DNA of 64,000 bases from Candidatus Poribacteria bacterium (GTDB taxonomy: Bacteria > Poribacteria > WGA-4E > WGA-3G), in NCBI GenBank assembly GCA_965198235.1, contig OZ240248.1:256001-320000 (forward strand), given 5' to 3'. Positions 59,848-64,000 of this stretch are shown in pieces. Position 1 is the first letter of the stretch, and each line of letters opens with the position of its first letter. The notes below the pieces were generated by a model, which worked only from the letters and a program-made list of their open reading frames with translations, did not search any database and was not told where the DNA came from. The position numbers were made by a program, and so were the translations under genes.

Positions 59848-60110
59848 TAGCCCAAGTTGCCACTTTCAAATGAGGGAGATTGTTTTCATCGAGTTTTAGG
59901 GTTCTTCGGATTTTCATCGGCGATTGAGGTATAAAAAATCACGAGTCGCTTATTCCAAAGCCCCAGAGGGGCGACATGTGTGTAGAAACGCGACCATCCC
60001 CAGGTCTATAAAGCCCCAGAGGGGCGACATGTGTATCGTTGACATCTGTAATTGTCCAATACAAAGTGTCCTTGAATATCTATAACTTTCTTAGGTAGTA
60101 ACTTGGATTA
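59848..60110. mobile_element. MITE of the caagttgc-TIR family
   Basis: tagcccaagttgccac / gtagtaacttggatta; internal duplicated aaagccccagaggggcgacatgtgt. Confidence 0.7.
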
Positions 60111-60339
60111 ATATAGTGAAGTAACCTAAACCCTTACTACAAGGAGTGTCCCACGTATATCATATCACGTTTTCGCAAGATTGACGACTGATTTCCTGAG
60201 TTTGAAAACAGGAGTTGCTAATACCTCTCAGAATAAAAAGTTGTCGCCTTCTTTGTCGGAATTAGATATACTTCTATAAGGTGCTATTGGAGAATCATCC
60301 ATTGTAGGATTTGTAGCGAACGGAGAATTGTAGGGACTC

Positions 60340-61692
60340 ATGAATATCGTCTTTCTATTTTCAGATGAACACGCCGGAGCTGTGATGGGGAATAGCGGGC
60401 ATCCGGTTGTCCGCACGCCTCATCTTGACCGCCTTGCCGAACAGAGTTACACCTTCGACAACGCCTATTGCAATAGCCCAATCTGTACGCCTTCACGTTT
60501 ATCATTGCTCACCGGACGTTATCCGCATCAAATTGGAGCATGGGATTTGGGAGCAATTGCGGATCGGCAGTACCAAACGTGGGGCGATTACTTGGCGGAG
60601 GTGGGTTATGAGACTGTGTTGTGCGGACGGACGCATTTCAATGGAACTGACCGACTGCTCGGCTTTTCTGACCGCTTGCTGGACGACTTGCCTCGATGGT
60701 GCAACGCAACTGGACGACCCCCACGACGCACGCCAGACGAACGGCGAGGTTCCAACTCACACGTCGCCGAGTGTGGACCCGGAGACCACGAACACACGAG
60801 GTATGACAAAAACGTCTCAAACTTGGCAGTGGATTTCCTTCGCGAAAAAGCGGCTTCGCCGGACGACAAACCCTTCCTGCTCTATTGCGGATTTATGCAC
60901 CCACACTTTCCACTGATCGCACCGCCCGAATTCTTCTCACAGTATGACCCGGACACACTCGAATTGCCTGCCACGTGGAACGAACCGCTTGCGTCACAAC
61001 ATCCCATAATCCAACACCACCGTTGGGCGTGGCGGAACGACATCCCTCCACCTGAATCCGTTGTGCGTTGTGCATTAGCCTCCTACTACGCGCTCGTTTC
61101 ATCTCTCGATGCGCAAGTTGGAAAGATACTACAAGCAATTGATACGTCGCCCTTACGCGAAAAGACAGTTGTCATCTATACCAGCGATCACGGCGAGATG
61201 GCAGGACACCACGGTATCTGGCAGAAGCAGTGCTTCTACGAACCTGCAGTGAGAGTGCCGTTGATGCTTCGCCTGCCTTCAGGCGAAAGCGGTCGCGTGG
61301 CACAAAACGTTTCCTTAGTAGATGTTTTACCGACCTTGTTGGAAATCGTTGGTCTGGGAACTTCCTCTGATTTACCGGGCGACAGTTTGCTGGAGATAGC
61401 CCGACACCAAGCAGATGAGACAACACGCGCTGTCTTTTCAGAATATCATCATAGCGGTATGCTTAACGCCGGTTTCATGCTCAAGCGTGGAGATTACAAA
61501 TTGTGTCATTACGTCGGGAGCGAACCGCAACTGTTCAATGTGGACGCTGACCCCTTGGAGAACGATGACTTGGCATCGAAGCCTGAATATGCAGTAAGAC
61601 GTAGTGAAATGGAAATCGCTTTGCATGCGATCCTTGATCCAGAACGAGAAAACGCACGAGCAAAAGAGAATCAACGGGTGCGTAGAACATAG
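60340..61692 (+). CDS. Sulfatase (choline-sulfatase-like)
   Basis: SDEH, CTPSR.S.LTG, PHFP and SDHGEM motifs. Confidence 0.9.
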   Translation: MNIVFLFSDEHAGAVMGNSGHPVVRTPHLDRLAEQSYTFDNAYCNSPICTPSRLSLLTGRYPHQIGAWDLGAIADRQYQTWGDYLAEVGYETVLCGRTHFNGTDRLLGFSDRLLDDLPRWCNATGRPPRRTPDERRGSNSHVAECGPGDHEHTRYDKNVSNLAVDFLREKAASPDDKPFLLYCGFMHPHFPLIAPPEFFSQYDPDTLELPATWNEPLASQHPIIQHHRWAWRNDIPPPESVVRCALASYYALVSSLDAQVGKILQAIDTSPLREKTVVIYTSDHGEMAGHHGIWQKQCFYEPAVRVPLMLRLPSGESGRVAQNVSLVDVLPTLLEIVGLGTSSDLPGDSLLEIARHQADETTRAVFSEYHHSGMLNAGFMLKRGDYKLCHYVGSEPQLFNVDADPLENDDLASKPEYAVRRSEMEIALHAILDPERENARAKENQRVRRT

Positions 61693-61709
61693 GTTGGGAT
61701 ACCTAACTG

Positions 61710-62771
61710 TTAAACTTCGCCGTCCCAATAACTCAGGCTTGGGTCCTTACGATAAATCTTCCCAACGACATAAGGCAAGACCTTGTTAGAATCCGGGTAT
61801 TCACTCACATCGTGCGGTGTAGTCGTGCCGAGAATGAATAACGTGACCGGCGCATCGCTGCTATTTACAAACTTATGTGCCCCGATTGTGCCAGGTGGAA
61901 ACGCGAGGAAGTCACCCTCATTTACCTCTACATCACCTCGCGGGGTTTTGAGTGTGCAGGCACCCTTCATAACATAGCACATCTCCTCCCCGAAATTGTG
62001 GAAATGCATTGGGAAACTCATCTTACCGGGTTGTAGCCGAATCACGCGATACCCTAAATTCTTGCCACCGATGAGCGGGTCTATGTCTTTATCCTCAAAG
62101 TCGTAAGGGTGTGGCGCGTTTTTATGCTGCCACGCGATTTCATCGATATGAATGCGGTTGATGTAGATGTCGCGCCGCGCTTGCAGGCAATCAACGAGGT
62201 ATTGGCGCGCATCTTTAAAAATGGAGTGCCCGTCACCGACGAGGATTGTATTGAATCGGAGTGCCAAAATTTTGCGCAATTCAAGTGCGGCTTTCGGAGG
62301 ATCGCTCAGTTTACCATCGGCGAGCAGCGTCAGCGCGCCCATCGGTTCACCGACCACGAGATCCCCGAACAGGACGGTCTGTTTCTCTGGAAAATAGAGC
62401 GCGATTTCGCCAGGGCTTTTTCCGTGACTGAGATGGATGGCATGTAAACCGGGAACAATTGCCTCACGGTCCTGAACCGTTCGGGTCGGTGTGATGTTCA
62501 GCGCATCGGCATCGGCATCATGCACAATCACGTCGGCACCTGTCCATTCCTGAAAGGCAGCGGCTTCGCGTTCATGATCGGCGTTGGTCAGAACGATCAA
62601 CTTCGCGCCGCCGAGTGCTTTCAGGTGTTCTCGGTCCTCATCGGACATTGGCACCGGGTCTATTAGGATATTTCCATCCGGACCCACCCACAAATGTCCA
62701 TTAAAGTCTATCTGCCGTTCCGGACTAAAGACTCCCCAACTGTACATATCTTCAAAAATCAAGCGTTTCAT
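61710..62771 (-). CDS. Metallo-beta-lactamase-fold domain fused to a cupin domain
   Basis: TNADHER, GDL and GDG in the N-terminal half; HFH..EE...AHKF and YPDS.K in the C-terminal half. Confidence 0.8.
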   Translation of the reverse strand: MKRLIFEDMYSWGVFSPERQIDFNGHLWVGPDGNILIDPVPMSDEDREHLKALGGAKLIVLTNADHEREAAAFQEWTGADVIVHDADADALNITPTRTVQDREAIVPGLHAIHLSHGKSPGEIALYFPEKQTVLFGDLVVGEPMGALTLLADGKLSDPPKAALELRKILALRFNTILVGDGHSIFKDARQYLVDCLQARRDIYINRIHIDEIAWQHKNAPHPYDFEDKDIDPLIGGKNLGYRVIRLQPGKMSFPMHFHNFGEEMCYVMKGACTLKTPRGDVEVNEGDFLAFPPGTIGAHKFVNSSDAPVTLFILGTTTPHDVSEYPDSNKVLPYVVGKIYRKDPSLSYWDGEV

Positions 62772-62882
62772 TTTTAAATTATTCCTTGCGGTTAAGGCAC
62801 ACTGCTTTGGAATGTAACGGTTTTTTCCGAAACCCGCTTTCCACTTCGTTTCAAGCTATGTAATTTGACTTCTTTTAATTAC

Positions 62883-63416
62883 TCATTGTTGTTTTCCCTT
62901 TGAGACGAATCCGTAGACCTCAATTTCGTGTATGAAAGCTTTACCTAACGTCATTTGCGGCACAATGACACCGCGCCTCGGATCATACTGATTGGCTTTC
63001 TTTTCATCATCGGTAGTGCCCGTGATGTAGATGCGGATGGCATCCGCCACAGCACCACTAACCCGTCCATCAATAACCGGACTCTGATTATATTCGATCT
63101 GTTGAATTGCGCGCCAATGTCCTTCGCCTTCTAATTTTTGGTATATTATCGCTCTTGTAATGTTAGTCCCACGGATAATAATGCGGTGGATGGCTTTGCG
63201 AGCCGGTAAGTTTAGATGGATCCACTGTCCATCAGCGTATCCTTTCGTTTTTACATCATCGTCTATCATTTCTGGTGAGGTGCAGGTGACACCTTCTGTG
63301 ACGGCGTAGTTGTAAAGTTCCTGCGGTTCAAAAATCATCTGCAGCACCTTAGATTGGCATCCTAAGAGGACTGTAACCGCGCAAATTACTGGAAAGATAA
63401 AGAGGTAACGTCGCAT
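62883..63416 (-). CDS. Lipoprotein, discoidin/F5-8-like beta sandwich
   Basis: Lipobox LLGC; C-terminal IHEIEVYG; GGAGG RBS. Confidence 0.7.
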   Translation of the reverse strand: MRRYLFIFPVICAVTVLLGCQSKVLQMIFEPQELYNYAVTEGVTCTSPEMIDDDVKTKGYADGQWIHLNLPARKAIHRIIIRGTNITRAIIYQKLEGEGHWRAIQQIEYNQSPVIDGRVSGAVADAIRIYITGTTDDEKKANQYDPRRGVIVPQMTLGKAFIHEIEVYGFVSKGKQQ

Positions 63417-63527
63417 CTTTTCCTCCCGCAGGGTGTTTCATTTTTCGGGATATTATATCGCGTTTTCACTTTTCTTTAAAGCGGAATTTCACGAAAAGCG
63501 TTGTTTTAAAACTACAGTCGATATTCA

Positions 63528-64000
63528 CTATGGGGACCCTTCCTTTGAAACGAGTCCATAAACCTCAAATTCATGTATAAAAGCTCTGCCCAACGCTATC
63601 TGTGGTATGATTAGACCGCGCCTTGCATCATACCGATTGGCTTTCTTTCTATCATCGGCGGTGCCACTGATATAGACACGGATGGCATCCGTCACGACAC
63701 CGCTGACGCGCATTTTAATGATTGGACTCTCGTTGTTCTGGATTTGCATAATGGCACGCCAACGTCCTTCACCTTCCAATTTCTCGTATATCATAGCATT
63801 TATAATATTGGTCCCATGGATGGTAATCCGGTGAATTGCCTTTTGTGTTGGCAAGTTTAGGTGAATCCACCGTCCATCAGCATATCCCTTTGTCTTCACA
63901 TCGCCATCTATCATTTCTGGTGAGGTGCAGGTGACCCCTTCCATGGCGGCGTAGTTGTAAAGTTCCTGTGGTTCAATCAGCATCTGCAGTGCCTTGGATT
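63528..64000 (-). CDS. Paralogous lipoprotein (5' end beyond the window)
   Basis: Close similarity to 62883-63416 (EPQELYNYA..EGVTCTSPEMID, WIHLNLP..KAIHRI). Confidence 0.75.
   Translation of the reverse strand, partial: SKALQMLIEPQELYNYAAMEGVTCTSPEMIDGDVKTKGYADGRWIHLNLPTQKAIHRITIHGTNIINAMIYEKLEGEGRWRAIMQIQNNESPIIKMRVSGVVTDAIRVYISGTADDRKKANRYDARRGLIIPQIALGRAFIHEFEVYGLVSKEGSP

Overview
This is a bacterial chromosome segment. Its gene content suggests Candidatus Poribacteria or a relative (inference, no marker gene): multiple LamG proteins with a shared C-terminal AVxPxxKL...WG.xK tail, several PhyH-type dioxygenases, sulfatases, enolase-superfamily dehydratases and DUF6785-like membrane proteins. 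It holds about 55 intact CDS (mostly catabolic, plus aspC, a dnaJ-class gene, mtnK, asd, HU, an hddA-like kinase, moxR and ugd), one tRNA-Leu(CAG), and intergenic DNA full of GTAG-type REPs and MITEs, three with clear target-site duplications. Notable observations: (1) a GTTTTTGCTTGGGT(G/A)TTTCT(GCGGATTT) motif occurs in variable length and partial tandem copies inside hairpins of unrelated repeat families, as if written in by a templated, re-priming polymerase; (2) a decayed defence/TA island between dnaJ and aspC contains diverged copies of the dnaJ 3' end and the aspC 5' end; (3) an intact DNA methyltransferase-HNH fusion; (4) repeat modules ending at start codons; (5) a LamG + DUF6785 + non-canonical GH32 locus. 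No CRISPR array, rRNA or intact transposase was seen.
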